From assembly GCF_001194135.2 (NCBI RefSeq), contig NC_068995.1, positions 55,194,362 through 55,258,361 on the forward strand: a stretch of 64,000 bases of DNA, written 5' to 3'. The first letter of the stretch is position 1. Every line of letters begins with the position of its first letter. Of the stretch, positions 1 through 14,368 are shown one piece after another. The stretch is from Octopus bimaculoides (taxonomy: Eukaryota). The notes beneath the pieces are model-generated. The model worked only from the letters and a program-made list of their open reading frames with translations. It had not been told where the DNA came from and searched no databases. A program made the position numbers and the translations under genes.

Positions 1-143
1 ACAGAATACTACAAGGACCGACAGACAGCCCGTGTCACTCCTCGTCTTCTGCTGCTCCTTAATAAAAAAAAAGCAAAACACTTAAACCCTCGAGTTTTGA
101 GTTTAATTTTCCTGTTTGAATCGTAAAATATGTGTGCGTGCAG
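1..143 (+). other. Candidate (non-coding) exon ending in a consensus 5' splice donor
   Basis: CAG|GTGAGT at 141-149 is a perfect donor consensus; no convincing ORF; no downstream partner exon could be confirmed. Confidence 0.3.
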
Positions 144-1119
144 GTGAGTATGAGAAAGAGGAAAATGCAATATCACCTTCGGCAATCGAACATCATATCC
201 GCTATTAATTGTATATCCGCATGTGAATGTTTCTTTTCGCATTCAGTTATATGTGTTTAGTGTAGCTTGACAGCACGTACTTGTCTACGCGTATGAATTA
301 TTAGATTTCATTTGATCATTACATAAACATCATGGTAAAATCATAGTCCGTTTTTGATAATTGAATGGGAACCTTCTAAATACATTTATACACTCTCTGC
401 TTTATTAAAGTATGTTTAATCTAAATTTATTAACATATATAATTTTACACATTATTTACTTATGAATTCATATATAATTTAGTGAATGAATTTTTATTTA
501 TTCATTATTTCATTTATATAATTAGTATAATTGAATATTTTATTTATTCATTTAAAGTTATCAATATTAATTTCTATTTCATTTGGTACACGTATATACA
601 CATATAAACATTCTATACCGCATATTTGCACACAATATTAATATCAGAGTATATTACCGATTACAAAAACGATTATAAATATGTATACACTTAATTTATT
701 TTATATTATTATATAGTCTTAGTATTATATAGTTTATATTTAAGTACAGGGTAAAGATAATGTGCATCACCAAAATATTACACATTACAGGGTCGACCTT
801 GCCTCTCATTCTTTCGCGGTTGATGAAATGAGTTCTTGGGTTGGTGCAATCAACTTAGCCACTTCTCAAATTTCGTTGCCTTTTACCAAAATTCCAAACC
901 ATAATAAGCCCTATATAGCACTTTCAAACCCAATGCGAATCATTAGGATATGGGGAATTCTTTTCTAATATTGAGATGGTTTCCACTCCCCCAACTCAGC
1001 TAACATTCTCTCAACTATTACTTTAATCAGCGCCATTGATTTTTCACCGATGCTCTCAGAGATTACTCAGGAAAGGAGATATAAAAATCGTAAAATTTAG
1101 TACGAGTAGCCTGTACACA

Positions 1120-1158
<39 letters not shown>

Positions 1159-1336
1159 ATTTTTGCGTGTGTGTATGTAATAAAACAATTACGTGACCAC
1201 AGGCCATCGGATGTTGTTTCACATCGATGATCACAATGCGCTTTTGCATTGTTTTAACCATCAAATGACGCCATCTCACTGGTTTGTCGAGCAGGCCATT
1301 ATTCCCCGCTGATCGAAAGGGTCTCCAGACACTCAG

Positions 1337-1960
1337 AAATGCAGACTCTGTTGAAAGAGAGTGGAAAATGTGACCCACTTAGTAATTGAATGTGGGAGCC
1401 GTGCACAAAAAGAATACAAGTGCCGCCACAATAAAGGCTCTTATGCCGTAAAATCATTGGCTCTTATGCTGTAAATACCAATATGAAGTAACAGAGAACT
1501 GGTATGAGTATGTACCAAGTAAGGTTATTCAGCAGGATGGAAAAGTAACTCTGGCACTATTATTTTCAGACGGATCGTGTAATTGAACACCGTCGGCCGC
1601 ATATTGCAATATTGAATAAGAGAGACAAATACTGTCAGATAATTGATGCAGCCATACGAAATGACATGAATGTTGTGAGTAAAGAGGTTGAAAAAAATCA
1701 CCAAGGACTCCGGATTGAAAGTGGAAATGGCAAGACTGTATGGAATGCGAGAGGTTAATGTAAAAGGGATACCAGTGGTGATTGGAGCGTTGGGCTCAAT
1801 CCCATTGAAACTTCAAAACTTCTTAAGGCAACAGGAAATCCCATGTAAGATTGATGTCTTACAAAAAGCAGCCTTATTGGGCACAGCACACATCTTCTGG
1901 AAAGTATTATCTGTCTGAGATCCTTGTTGTGACTTGACAGATGACTAAAGACTCCGGTTC

Positions 1961-1996
<36 letters not shown>
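1337..1996 (+). mobile_element. 3' fragment of an R4/Dong-clade non-LTR retrotransposon (CCHC knuckle plus restriction-like endonuclease), degenerate
   Basis: Manual translation across stops/frameshifts gives CRLC*KRVENVTHLVIECGSRAQKEYKCRHN...HWLLCCKY...NWYEYVP...FQTDRVIEHRRPHIAILNK...IIDAAI...IPVVIGALGSIP...LQKAALLGTAHIFWKVLSV*, matching the CCHC, RH, PD..D and GALG / LQK..LLGT motifs of R4-type C-termini; short 3' UTR then (AGT)n. Confidence 0.85.
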
Positions 1997-1997
<1 letters not shown>

Positions 1998-2436
1998 TTA
2001 TGACAATGGTGGTGAGCAGACAGAGACGTTAGCACGCTTTACAACGGCAATCTAAAAGGAGGTAACTAAATCTTATATTACGTAGAAAACAATAGCCTTA
2101 ATTGTCATTTAATCAAGTTAAAATGCTTTACAAATTGATCGGATGTTCCCTGCACTTTCCTACAATTGATCAATTGTGTACAAATGATGCTTTCAATAGA
2201 ATATTGCCTTATTTGCATATGAGATACATATTTCAAAATTATTGGTGTTTTAGTTGAGTGTAAGTCTTTTGTTTAGGAAGACGTTATTCACGATCAGGTG
2301 ACGCGTTGAAATTGAAATATTAATCAACGAGTTGAACTACAGAATGTTAGATATTTCCGTACATATTTTCGATGGGCGCAAAGGATATGTGTCAACAGCA
2401 TCGGACGAATGTGTTTATAAACATAAAAATAGATAT

Positions 2437-2552
2437 GTGTGTGCGTGTGTGCGCGTGTATATGTATGCGTGCCTGTCTGTTTGTGTGTATTTGTGTGTGT
2501 TTGTGTGTGTGTGTATGTGTGTGTGTGTATGTGTGTGTGTCTATGTGTTTGT

Positions 2553-2590
<38 letters not shown>

Positions 2591-2600
2591 TTGCGTGCGT
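2437..2600. repeat. Imperfect (TG)n microsatellite
   Basis: Visible directly; source of the V/C-rich pseudo-ORFs. Confidence 0.95.
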
Positions 2601-2845
2601 GTATATGTTCCTATGTGCTGACTTATTTAAGCACTGCTGTTTCTTGTTGTATATCTTTTTGTCGAGTTTCTTCTTATTTAAATACCAGTTTCTCCTCCGC
2701 TGCCTATCTATCTATCTTTCGACCATACATATTGTTGTATTTTGGGGTGATCATTTTTTTCCCTTTTGCCAAATAAACACACGCAATATTTTTCCATCAC
2801 TCGTTTATTACAGTTTATATTTTATTATCTTAACTTGAGTCCATT

Positions 2846-2888
2846 GTCCGGAAATATTTCGTCACACATCTGCTACCTCTTCAGCAAC
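2846..2888 (-). ncRNA. Decayed minimal hammerhead ribozyme motif (PLE type)
   Basis: Minus strand GTTG-CTGAAGA-GGTAGCAGATGTGTGAC-GAA-ATAT-T-TCCGG; core nucleotides present and stem III palindromic (ATAT), but stems I and II pair poorly. Confidence 0.35.
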
Positions 2889-3293
2889 GCTTTTTGTTTT
2901 CGACTGTGTTCTTGCTCTACTTACTCGTTTCCTTATTTGAAAAAATAAATAAATAAAATGACCATCCCGAAGTACAACAATATGGGGCTACAATCAAGAG
3001 ACATTGAGTTCCATTCCTTGACTGAGTGGTACGTTTTGTGTTTTCATGTTGCTGGAATTTGTTAAGCAAAAAAAAAAAGTGCATCACCTGAGTAATGATG
3101 TATCTCTCTCTATCACCTTCCAGCACTAACATCCATGCTGTCTCATGAGTGCAAACGGATATATAACTTGTTTAAATCTGATCACGACTCCATAGCTACC
3201 TAAAACGATGAGTGAAAACATGGTACATATTACTGTTATATTCGCTCTCTTGTGTTTGAGTAACGCATATAAAACCTAGTATTTATATCTACT

Positions 3294-3339
<46 letters not shown>

Positions 3340-4463
3340 TATCTATTACATCTACAGTATTCTAGGAACAACTTTAACGTTAACTTCATCTCGTAAGAGT
3401 TAAAACGAGAGTTTTCCTTATTTTTATATCCATACCGGAAATAAGAATTTCAAGTGAGATATATTAAATCTTTCAGCCAATCAATAGCCTACAGTTTACA
3501 GAAATACTAAGAACGATAATATTAGATATGTTTATCTCCAATATCTTATTTTGCATAGTTTTATGTAAAGTAATAATGGTTTTATTGGACGTAAGAAATT
3601 ATAGACTTCCGAAAATTACGGGTCATCTGTATGGCTTTCCGATATTTTCTAATACCTACTGTATACTAGAGTGTCTACACAAAAACTACTGTAATGTCCC
3701 ATGTTATTACGGCAGTTTCTAACAAATAAATTACTGTTGGTAGCTTTGTCAATTGTTTCATTCCAAACGAAAAATAAAGTTTCAAGAATGTTTGGAAAGA
3801 AGCCACAGTGAGAATGTTCTTTTAATATCTGCGGTTGCTCAATATGGAGACATTAAATTGACACTCGAGTATATGTCAATAGCACTTCTAGGAGACGTTA
3901 AACCGAAAGTTGTTAAAATGTCTTCTAATCGATGATATTCTACGTTAAATCTAAGATAAAGTAAAAGAAAAAATCCAGATGTGACTAAACGAAGAATTAA
4001 TGTATTTTACTGTTTGCAAATTGGATGTCCAAGGTCATGTGAATGAACACATAAAATTGCTGATACTAAACAAATGGTGGAAATGCATGTGTTAGACACC
4101 GTGACGACGAATGGAAAATTGATGGTTGAGTATTTTCGCTTGATTCCATAATATTGAACGTGCTGAAATTTACCATCATCAAATAACAGTTGCATTTCTT
4201 GTTAGATAAGTGGTCAATTCTAAAATATTCAGGAATATGTTGTATGCATATAGCATCTAGATATCTAGTATGAACAGACTTGCAATATTAAATGTCTAGA
4301 AATTACATTTAATATGAAATGACGCCCATCTGTAGAACTCCTTCCTGTCAACGTCAGTATTGTCATCTTCAATGAACAGAATATTCAGCATTTCTTACGT
4401 ATTAAGTCTACACCGTAAACATTTCTTGACAAAACACAGTGTCATCCAACCTTGATTTCGAAT

Positions 4464-4567
4464 GGTACTAGGCTTAAGAAATAAGTCGTGGAGTCGATTT
4501 GTTCGCCGAAAATCCTCAAAGTCGGTGCTCCAGCGTGGCCGTTGTCAAATCACAGAAACAATCATAA

Positions 4568-4569
<2 letters not shown>
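4464..4569 (+). mobile_element. 3' tail fragment of SINE family A
   Basis: gtactaggctta..gaaataagtc..gtcgatttgttcg...ggtgctccagcgtggcc...aaac aligns with the reverse complement of the left end of the 9758-10152 copy. Confidence 0.6.
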
Positions 4570-4603
<34 letters not shown>

Positions 4604-4613
4604 NNNNNNNNNN

Positions 4614-4651
<38 letters not shown>

Positions 4652-5028
4652 TCAAAGGAATTCCAACTTTGGTTTTCACGTTGTATTTACAATCTTATAA
4701 TAATATAATATATTATAATGAAATGATAGAATATGATTGAACAAGTAATTTCATGCATTAAATTGTGCAATCTTCATGTTCATATAAGAGTGGTGACATT
4801 TACGCACTATTATATGAACCTGAAGATTGGACAGTTTATTGCATGAAAGTACTAGTTCAATCAGAATGGACATTTAATATTCTATCATTTCCTTATATTA
4901 TACTATATTATATTATATTATGTTATATTATTATAAGATTGTAAATAAAAGGTGAAAATCAAAGTTGGAATTTCCTTGATTAATATGTTCTTCTATACAC
5001 AATCATACACATCTGGGTATATATATAC

Positions 5029-5151
<123 letters not shown>

Positions 5152-6875
5152 TAGAAAGGTTATTGGGATTATAAATTTTGCCGTCTATATAGCTGTTCAG
5201 ACAATGTAACTGAGCAAACCAAATCATTGAATTTTGAAATCCCACTCAACTTAAATCTATTAATTAGTTTGCCTCTAGCAAGTGTCTAGATTCCCAATTG
5301 AATAAATGTTTTATTGTATATTTTCCCTTTGACAACAAAAGCTTCAAATACTACTCCTATGCAAAGATTTCCGGACGAACGTGCGTATTTGCGTCTATGG
5401 GTACCTGCGTGTGTGTATTGATTGATTTATTGCAAGATGCGCGTGCTTTGGTTTGATTTTCATGATTTACTTCTAGGTAAAAATGATATGTGTAATCACA
5501 TTTCATTTCTCTAGTAATTTCGTTATGATATCAAAATACTGGAGCACTTTCCATTGGGAATTTATTACCATTTTATTTTGCAATTCGTGTATTTTTTTCT
5601 TTTACTCTTTATCATCATTACAATACTATTTGGCCATTGAAATTGTCACAGGTAAAAAGTCACAAAAGATATTGAAACTAGCAAGGGAACTAAAAATTGT
5701 CACGTATCAAAGTCATTGAGACTACATTAAAGATTATTCAATTCCCATATTCAGCAACAGAAAGACCTCAAATTTTAGAGATGGAACCTTTAAACGTAAA
5801 ATATAAAATATTTAAAGTATTATTTCCTTGAAATTTGTATTAATTCATTATTGATAGAATATTATATCTATTTATTATCGACATTTGACACCCCCATTCC
5901 AAACGTCAAAATATATTTTTGTTCCTCTTGTCGCTATCTAACCAAAGTTTTCATTATTCTGAAGAAATCAGTATCTACGATTAATAGAAACGCATTTTTG
6001 TGATACATTTTCACACAGAGTATTTTATTTTGCTGTCTACATAAAACCTTCGAAAACGCAATATTTTACATCTCCATTCACCTGTTATATTTTAGAAATG
6101 TCTTATCTCAAAGCTGTAAAATAAATACAAAAATTGACTGAAATACATCAAACATATACATAACAATATATAGATATGTATATTCATACATGTGTGTGCT
6201 TGTGTGTGTGTGTATGTGTGTGCATGTCTATACACACAGAGACGCACAGATAAACATATATTTTATTGTGTATATGTCAGTGTGTATGTGTGTCTCAGTT
6301 TCTCTGCATAGGCGTGTATGATTCAGAACAGAAAGACATTAAAACATCGCATATCACATTTACGAGTTCATTTCCAAATACCACCTAAATTCTATGTTAT
6401 CTAGTGAAATCCAAAATAGGTTTCCATAGCCGACTTAAGAATGAGTATGCATGAATTTTCTAGATGCAGTTGACAGATAAATGCAGTGTTCCGTTTCATT
6501 CATTAGCAATATATTATTTCAAATAGTCAAATATTGGCATCACAAAGCCATTAACCTACTACGAAATGTGAATATCAAAACACTGGAAATTTCAGGAGGT
6601 TGTAAATGTCAGTGATAATATCAATGAGAAAAAATAATATTGCATACATTATGAAAATTCTATTTATCTAAATAACTTGTGAATAGTTCTTCTTGATGGA
6701 TAAAATGAGTCGCATATTTTACTTCATTCTGCTACTAATAGCATGTTAGAAAAAAATACTATATTAATATGCATGAAAATGATCGCTTGCATGGTATTAT
6801 ATTGGTACGTGCATGTGCGAATGACACACAGATATGCATCATATAAACATAAACATATATATGTGTGTGTGTATC

Positions 6876-6906
<31 letters not shown>

Positions 6907-6937
6907 GTATATTTATATATATACATATATAAGTAAT

Positions 6938-7006
<69 letters not shown>

Positions 7007-9757
7007 ACATATATATTGTGATTATCTCCGAGTATTTTTTTGCCTCAATGTCTCTATGTATATGTAAGCGTGTATCAACTGCGATATACTGCAGTATATA
7101 AGATACATGAAAGGACACAAAAAAATCGAAATCCAGATGATATGCCTCGATAGGAAATGAGCTACCTCAACAATGCAGTCTAAGCTCACTCACCTAGTTT
7201 TGTCTTTATCTATTGCATATTTCATAACGCTCCTTCATCATACAGTCCCCATTATTTTCTGTCTTTCCATAACTTCCTCCCCCTATAAATATGCTTCAGT
7301 TTATACATATACCTGCCTACATCATGCACACAAACACACACCCACCCATATATATATGAGTGGGAATCTGGGAATCTGTATATATATATATATATATNNN
7401 NNNNNNNNNNNNNNNNNNNNNNNNNNNNNNNNNNNNNNNNNNNNNNNNNNNNNNNNNNNNNNNNNNNNNNNNNNNNNNNNNNNNNNNNNNNNNNNNNNNN
7501 NNNNNNNNNNNNNNNNNNNNNNNNNNNNNNNNNNNNNNNNNNNNNNNNNNNNNNNNNNNNNNNNNNNNNNNNNNNNNNNNNNNNNNNNNNNNTATATGTA
7601 TATATGTATATATGCACATATATATATTCATATATACACATATTCGCATATATATATACATATATGTATATATGTATATATGCACATATATATATTCATA
7701 TAAACGTATATATGTGTATATATATATGTGTGTGTATATACGTGTGTTTGTACGTGTGTGTGTATATGTAAATATATATATGTATATTCATATGCATATA
7801 TATATATATATATCCTGATATGCATGTGTGCAAGTTCTTGCGCTTACTGATATTGTGTTTTGTATACATACACAATTACACGCACATATATTTACATTCA
7901 TGTCTTTACACATATACATATTTCATGTCATAGAATTTTGCTTTGTTGTAGAAATCACCTGTAGATCTTTATATATGACTTGCAGTTTATTGATGAATAA
8001 TGAATGGGTAAAAACATATAGTATATATTTGATAATGCTTTAGATTCAAATAAGTATATCTTCAAACTATTTTTACAAAAGGACAATAGGAAAAAAAGGA
8101 TGATACATAGGGAAACGTATCTTACTGCGTATATATGTGTGTGTGTTGTTGTTGTGATGTGTGTGTGTTTCTATGTGTATGTGGTGCATTTCATTTGTAT
8201 TGTGACGTGTTTATTTTTCAACTTATGTAGATGTACTAACATATATGCATGTAAATATCGAAATATTCTCTCATACATTGACATATACCTGTTTATATGC
8301 CATTGGTATCAGAAAAGCCATCTTTCATATGTTACATATATTCCATTTTATATCTATTATTATTTGAATTTGTGATAACTTTACCAATGTCCATTGTATA
8401 TAGATTACCCTTTTTAATATATTACAAGAAATATTACCTTCAAATGAATAGTTGTCTGTATTTGTTTTAGGCTATTATAAGACATCTAACACAAATGCCT
8501 ATAAACTAATGCTGTATTCGGCATTCTTTACATCATAGTCTTCATTATTAAAGAGATTTTTAATAGCAGTACCAACAATCATTTCCTACCATGTAAACGT
8601 CTAAACAACCAGTTTTATACATTTGTAAGTCAATATAAATATAATAATGTATAAATAAATTGCTTGAAGTAACCTAATTATATAGAAGAGCGCAAACACA
8701 AAGTATTTGCAAACAAATGGAGTGATTGAGAGAGTGAGAAGAAAAGAATTCTTTGGAAATAATGTTATATTTTACATACTTTCTGCACTTTGCTGCTTTT
8801 TACACATTGAAGCCACACTGACTGTTCAAATTTACCTCTTATCTTTTTGGAGATAAACTTTAGGAAGATAATTTTGGCAGATTTTAAAATATTTTCTGTA
8901 ACTGCTGGCAAACATAAAGACGACTGAAACAGGACTAATCGGGCCGAGTACAAGGAGATTGAACTAGATATGATCTCGTGGCAGAAAGACCGATCGATAT
9001 GACCACATTCGCAGAAGGGCCAGCGCTTAAATAGAGCTCATTTTATCTATCTTGATGGGATGAATTGTCACATCTTAAACTTGGGTAAGGTCTTACCTAA
9101 TCTTACTGTTTCACTTACAAATTGTAAGTTGGTTGATGTTCTTTTCTATAAACCATAGCTCATGCCGTGTGTCACTTGAGAACGTACCCACGAAGCCAAG
9201 TGAACTGTTATTGGCACACATGGGAAATTTATAATCTAGGTATAGTAACTGGATGTTTTAAGCAGTTATCAATAATTATCCACTTTCTCTTTGATTTAAA
9301 ATGTGACATTGTTTTAAATATTTACAGGTACGTACGATCGATAAAGATTTACATCTTACTTTTAAAAAAAATCCGTCCAGGTAGGACATATTTAAATATT
9401 TAAAATGAAAACAGAATCTCCATGCATACGTATATTCTCCGATCTCGATCTCATATCATTAGTAGACATATATATATATATATATANNNNNNNNNNNNNN
9501 NNNNNNNNNNNNNNNNNNNNNNNNNNNNNNNNNNNNNNNNNNNNNNNNNNNNNNNNNNNNNNNNNNNNNNNNNNNNNNNNNNNNNNNNNNNNNNNNNNNN
9601 NNNNNNNNNNNNNNNNNNNNNNNNNNNNNNNNNNNNNNNNNNNNNNNNNNNNNNNNNNNNNNNNNNNNNNNNNNNNNNNNNNNNNNNNNNNNNNNNNNNN
9701 NNNNNNNNNNNNNNNNNNNNNNNNNNNNNNNNNNNNNNNNNNNNNNTATATATATTC

Positions 9758-10152
9758 TTTTATTCTCTTACTTGTTTCAGTCATTTGACTGTGGCCATGC
9801 GGGAGCACCGCCTTTAGTCGAGCAAATCGACCCCAGGACGTATTCTTTGTAAGCCTAGTACTTATTGTATCGGCCCCTTTTGCCGAACCGCTAAGTTACG
9901 GGGACGTAAACACACCAGCATCGGTTGTCAAGCGATGTTGGGAGGACAAACACAGACACACAAATACACACACACACACACACATACAAATATACGACAG
10001 GCTTCTTTCAGTTTTCGTCTATCAAATACATTCACAATGTTTAGGTCGGCCCGAGGCTATAGTAGAAGACACTTGCCCAAGGTGCCACGCAGTGTGACTG
10101 AACCCAGAACCACGTGGTTCATAAGTAAGCTACTTACGACACAGCTACCCCT
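9758..10152 (-). mobile_element. Near full-length tRNA-derived SINE, family A (internal CA microsatellite)
   Basis: On minus strand: tRNA-like head (gctgtgtcgtaagtagcttac...ggttctgggttcagtcac), central ttgggcaagtgtcttctactatagcctcgggccgacc...gaaaactgaaagaagcc, (TG)n, then tail ending aaatgactgaaacaagta; homologous segments recur at 4464, 48856 and 58851. Confidence 0.85.
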
Positions 10153-10230
10153 ATACACGTATAGATGTAAGTATGTGCATATAGCGTATGTATATCTGCA
10201 TATATGTATATATTATTTATATTATATATG

Positions 10231-10281
<51 letters not shown>

Positions 10282-11709
10282 TCCTAGATGTGCAGTGTAT
10301 ATTTTGATACACATCTGTTTATTTATTTCTCTCTCTCTGTATCTACTCAGCTCTATCTCCTCCCTTACTTTCCACCCTTTTCTCTCTCCCTCCTCTTCCA
10401 CTCTCTTTATGGGCTATGATGTATGCTTCGCCTACACAAATGATATCTAAACGTGACTGAATGTTTTTATTGTATTATATATTTAAACAATGATACATCA
10501 ATTATATCTCTTCCATACAATAAACATGAGTATTGCAACAAGACTATCTAATTATGTTTGGCATTTACATGCATTTACATACTTATATGCAGCTCCCTTC
10601 AACATCAAGTTGTAGTACTTCATCTTTCACTGATATGATACTAATAACTGGTACGAACTTTTGCGTATTATTCCTGCCCGAAATGGAATTCCAACGAAAT
10701 AAACGCCATAAAACTGCAAACTGCCAGCATCTGTTATTCTTCACATAATTAAGTACCACTTACAATTCTAAAAACATCATAGGAACCGAAGTTTGAATAA
10801 ATTAAATATCAGTTTTCCTTTTGTACCTTAATCCGCTTCCTATTAGTATATTCTTTGATTCGGTAACCGGATTTAACTTGTTATGATACATAAAGATAAA
10901 CACCGAGATAATTTCAACTCATTAAGTTTCCCTATTTACTTCATGAAAATAATATTTTCAATCGCAAGGATCTTATTAAGACTGTACATGTTCACTCCTG
11001 GTTTATTTTTCAATAAGCAATGGGAAGCAAAACCAGAAACTTGCACCGCAAGATTAGTAATAATTAACAGTTCTTACGCGTCACTGGCGTTGAATTTCTC
11101 TACGGGTGATAGGTATTCAGCCCTTGTGAAAGATTTCTGTTAATAACAGAAACCACCATGTAATAAGTATGTGTGTTTATGTGTGTGTTTGAGAGAGTGT
11201 GTGTGTGCGTGTGTGTCGGTTGTGCGCTGTGCGTCTATGCATTACATGCATGTATCAATATATATGCACGCACATATATATGCATTCAAACGCTTGTATC
11301 GAGAAAGTCGACTTAAAAAGTTTAAAAACAAAATTGTCACGAATAAAATCGATTTGTGACCTTGATCACATTTTTCCAGAGACAATAAGCGGTGCCAGTT
11401 CAGAGAAATAAAACTGGAAGATAATAAAGTTTGTGCAAAATGAACAGAAATGTCTAGAAACATCACTGAATGTTAAATGTAGCACATAAGGATAAACATT
11501 AAAACAAAATAATTTGAAATATTTCAAGTCTAAAAGAAGGATACTTCCACACACAGAGACGTGCATGCACACACACTACACACCCGCACACACTCACACA
11601 CCACACACTCAAGCAAACACACACACACACATGCACACATACATACAATGCAAACTCTGCAGTTGTCGCCATGAAATACATATCTGTTTATGTTTATCTA
11701 TGCATGTAC

Positions 11710-11770
<61 letters not shown>

Positions 11771-12249
11771 CACACACGCGTGTGTAAAATTCCACAAATA
11801 TATTTTGTATATATAGATCTGCATATGCATCTATATAATTTGAAGAAATAGATTTCCTTGTCTAACATTATTTTCATGCAATATATAAAAGGTAGAAAAA
11901 CAGAATACAAATCTTCGTCAGTACATTTCCTGAAGACGATAAATATCACACGTCTCTGTAAAGATTAATTGAAAATCAAAGTCAATAATTTAAACACAAA
12001 TAAATTTGAAATACTTTCTAAAGCATATCATGTAAAGGGATCGATTCAATTCCCTTCTCAGTGAATTCTTAAATGAAATTTTTAATACTCCAAGGTTCAA
12101 AGGAAATGTTTTTAATTTTTTTGTTCCGAGAGAAATATTACTGTTTTATATACTGTGTTAGAGACGGCGAAAAATCGATTCTACCTTGAAATGTGGTTCC
12201 TTAATACATGCTATTTCGAGAAGAGGGAGAAGATGAATTATTTCATGAG

Positions 12250-12283
<34 letters not shown>

Positions 12284-13189
12284 NNNNNNNNNNNNNNNNN
12301 NNNNNNNNNNNNNNNNNNNNNNNNNNNNNNNNNNNNNNNNNNNNNNNNNNNNNNNNNNNNNNNNNNNNNNNNNNNNNNNNNNNNNNNNNNNNNNNNNNNN
12401 NNNNNNNNNNNNNNNNNNNNNNNNNNNNNNNNNNNNNNNNNNNNNNNNNNNNNNNNNNNNNNNNNNNNNNNNNNNNNNNNNNNNNNNNNNNNNNNNNNNN
12501 NNNNNNNNNNNNNNNNNNNNNNNNNNNNNNNNNNNNNNNNNNNNNNNNNNNNNNNNNNNNNNNNNNNNNNNNNNNNNNNNNNNNNNNNNNNNNNNNNNNN
12601 NNNNNNNNNNNNNNNNNNNNNNNNNNNNNNNNNNNNNNNNNNNNNNNNNNNNNNNNNNNNNNNNNNNNNNNNNNNNNNNNNNNNNNNNNNNNNNNNNNNN
12701 NNNNNNNNNNNNNNNNNNNNNNNNNNNNNNNNNNNNNNNNNNNNNNNNNNNNNNNNNNNNNNNNNNNNNNNNNNNNNNNNNNNNNNNNNNNNNNNNNNNN
12801 NNNNNNNNNNNNNNNNNNNNNNNNNNNNNNNNNNNNNNNNNNNNNNNNNNNNNNNNNNNNNNNNNNNNNNNNNNNNNNNNNNNNNNNNNNNNNNNNNNNN
12901 NNNNNNNNNNNNNNNNNNNNNNNNNNNNNNNNNNNNNNNNNNNNNNNNNNNNNNNNNNNNNNNNNNNNNNNNNNNNNNNNNNNNNNNNNNNNNNNNNNNN
13001 NNNNNNNNNNNNNNNNNNNNNNNNNNNNNNNNNNNNNNNNNNNNNNNNNNNNNNNNNNNNNNNNNNNNNNNNNNNNNNNNNNNNNNNNNNNNNNNNNNNN
13101 NNNNNNNNNNNNNNNNNNNNNNNNNNNNNNNNNNNNNNNNNNNNNNNNNNNNNNNNNNNNNNNNNNNNNNNNNNNNNNNNNNNNNNNNN
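12284..13189. other. Largest of 17 assembly gaps (N runs)
   Basis: About 900 N flanked by (TA)n on both sides; the other gaps begin near 4604, 7398, 9487, 22148, 24834, 28232, 31922, 33793, 37257, 39254, 45103, 51813, 54457, 57236, 59281, 61688. Confidence 0.98.
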
Positions 13190-14354
13190 ATATATATATA
13201 TATATATATATATACCTGGTTAAGTTACACCATGTCGATTGCTTCCATGAGATTTAGGTTGCCAATTTTACAATATCAAGGTATATAATTTGCTAGGAAA
13301 ATTAAAAGTATTCTAAGTCTAAATGAGTAATATATTCACCTCTTGGTGAATATGTGTGCCTGTATTTCAAGTGTTAAATGTCAAGTGGACATGGAATTAA
13401 CGTTATGTCTATGCATTAGATTTGATAGATTTGTTCAGGACAAAGATTCCTGCTGCCAGACATTAGACTATTCACTATGTAAAATCGTAAGTAGATAGAA
13501 ATGTTCCCAACGGTAACTCTTATGGTAATAGAAACAAGAAAGAAATACTAGATTCCCGTGATTTGGGCGATTATGTTGGGAAAAGCAATATCATTAACAA
13601 CAAACCTTTTCTAATTCTTGTGCGGAGTAGGAATTCACAAACATGTCTAATAATGTCAGATACATTTGGATAATACAAACAAATATGAGGTTCTAGGTAC
13701 GCTGCTACCAACCCCTAAATGGGCCGAATTCAGTGAGTGAATTACTGCATCTTCGATAGAGTCAACGATCGTTAGGAATTAACTACTGACCGTGAAATTT
13801 TATGCTCTAGTTGGAGTGATCACTTTGGTCGCTGCAAAGAACGAAAATTAGTCTGCTTCAAATTCCAAAATTTAGGATGCTGATGCCAAATCTCTTTCAT
13901 TCAAGGATACGGATGTGTATCTTTTGACCATTACTTGGAAGGTTCTGGAAGCTAATACCAGATGGAGATATCGTCCATATGGTCTTCGTTAGGGTGTAGC
14001 TTTAGGAGGGAAATCATCAGTATAATTCAGTTGGATATTCTTGAAGTTTACTTGCTGTCTATATCAGCGAAATGCATTTCCTTCATCCATCCATCCATAG
14101 AAGGACGCTCAAAGTTTAGCTAACATGTAAAGTCAAAAACTAAAAAAAAAAATACACTATGCTTACTGGTTCCTTATTTTTTGACGTCTTCCTCACCTGT
14201 GTGATCACGCTATTTTGCAAAAGAATGACCAGGAAGATGGTGCTCTCAAAGCACCGAATCGAAAGGAATCGTTTCAACATCAGAATAAAACATGCCGCAT
14301 TCTCAGAACGTAACACAATCCACACAGAACATTCGGTACGTTTTCGGAACATTT

Positions 14355-14368
14355 ATGCGCATGCGCAT
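14355..14368. promoter_or_regulatory. Perfect 14-bp palindrome matching the NRF1 consensus
   Basis: ATGCGCATGCGCAT contains TGCGCATGCGCA; lies in a mildly CpG-enriched patch; function unproven. Confidence 0.2.
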
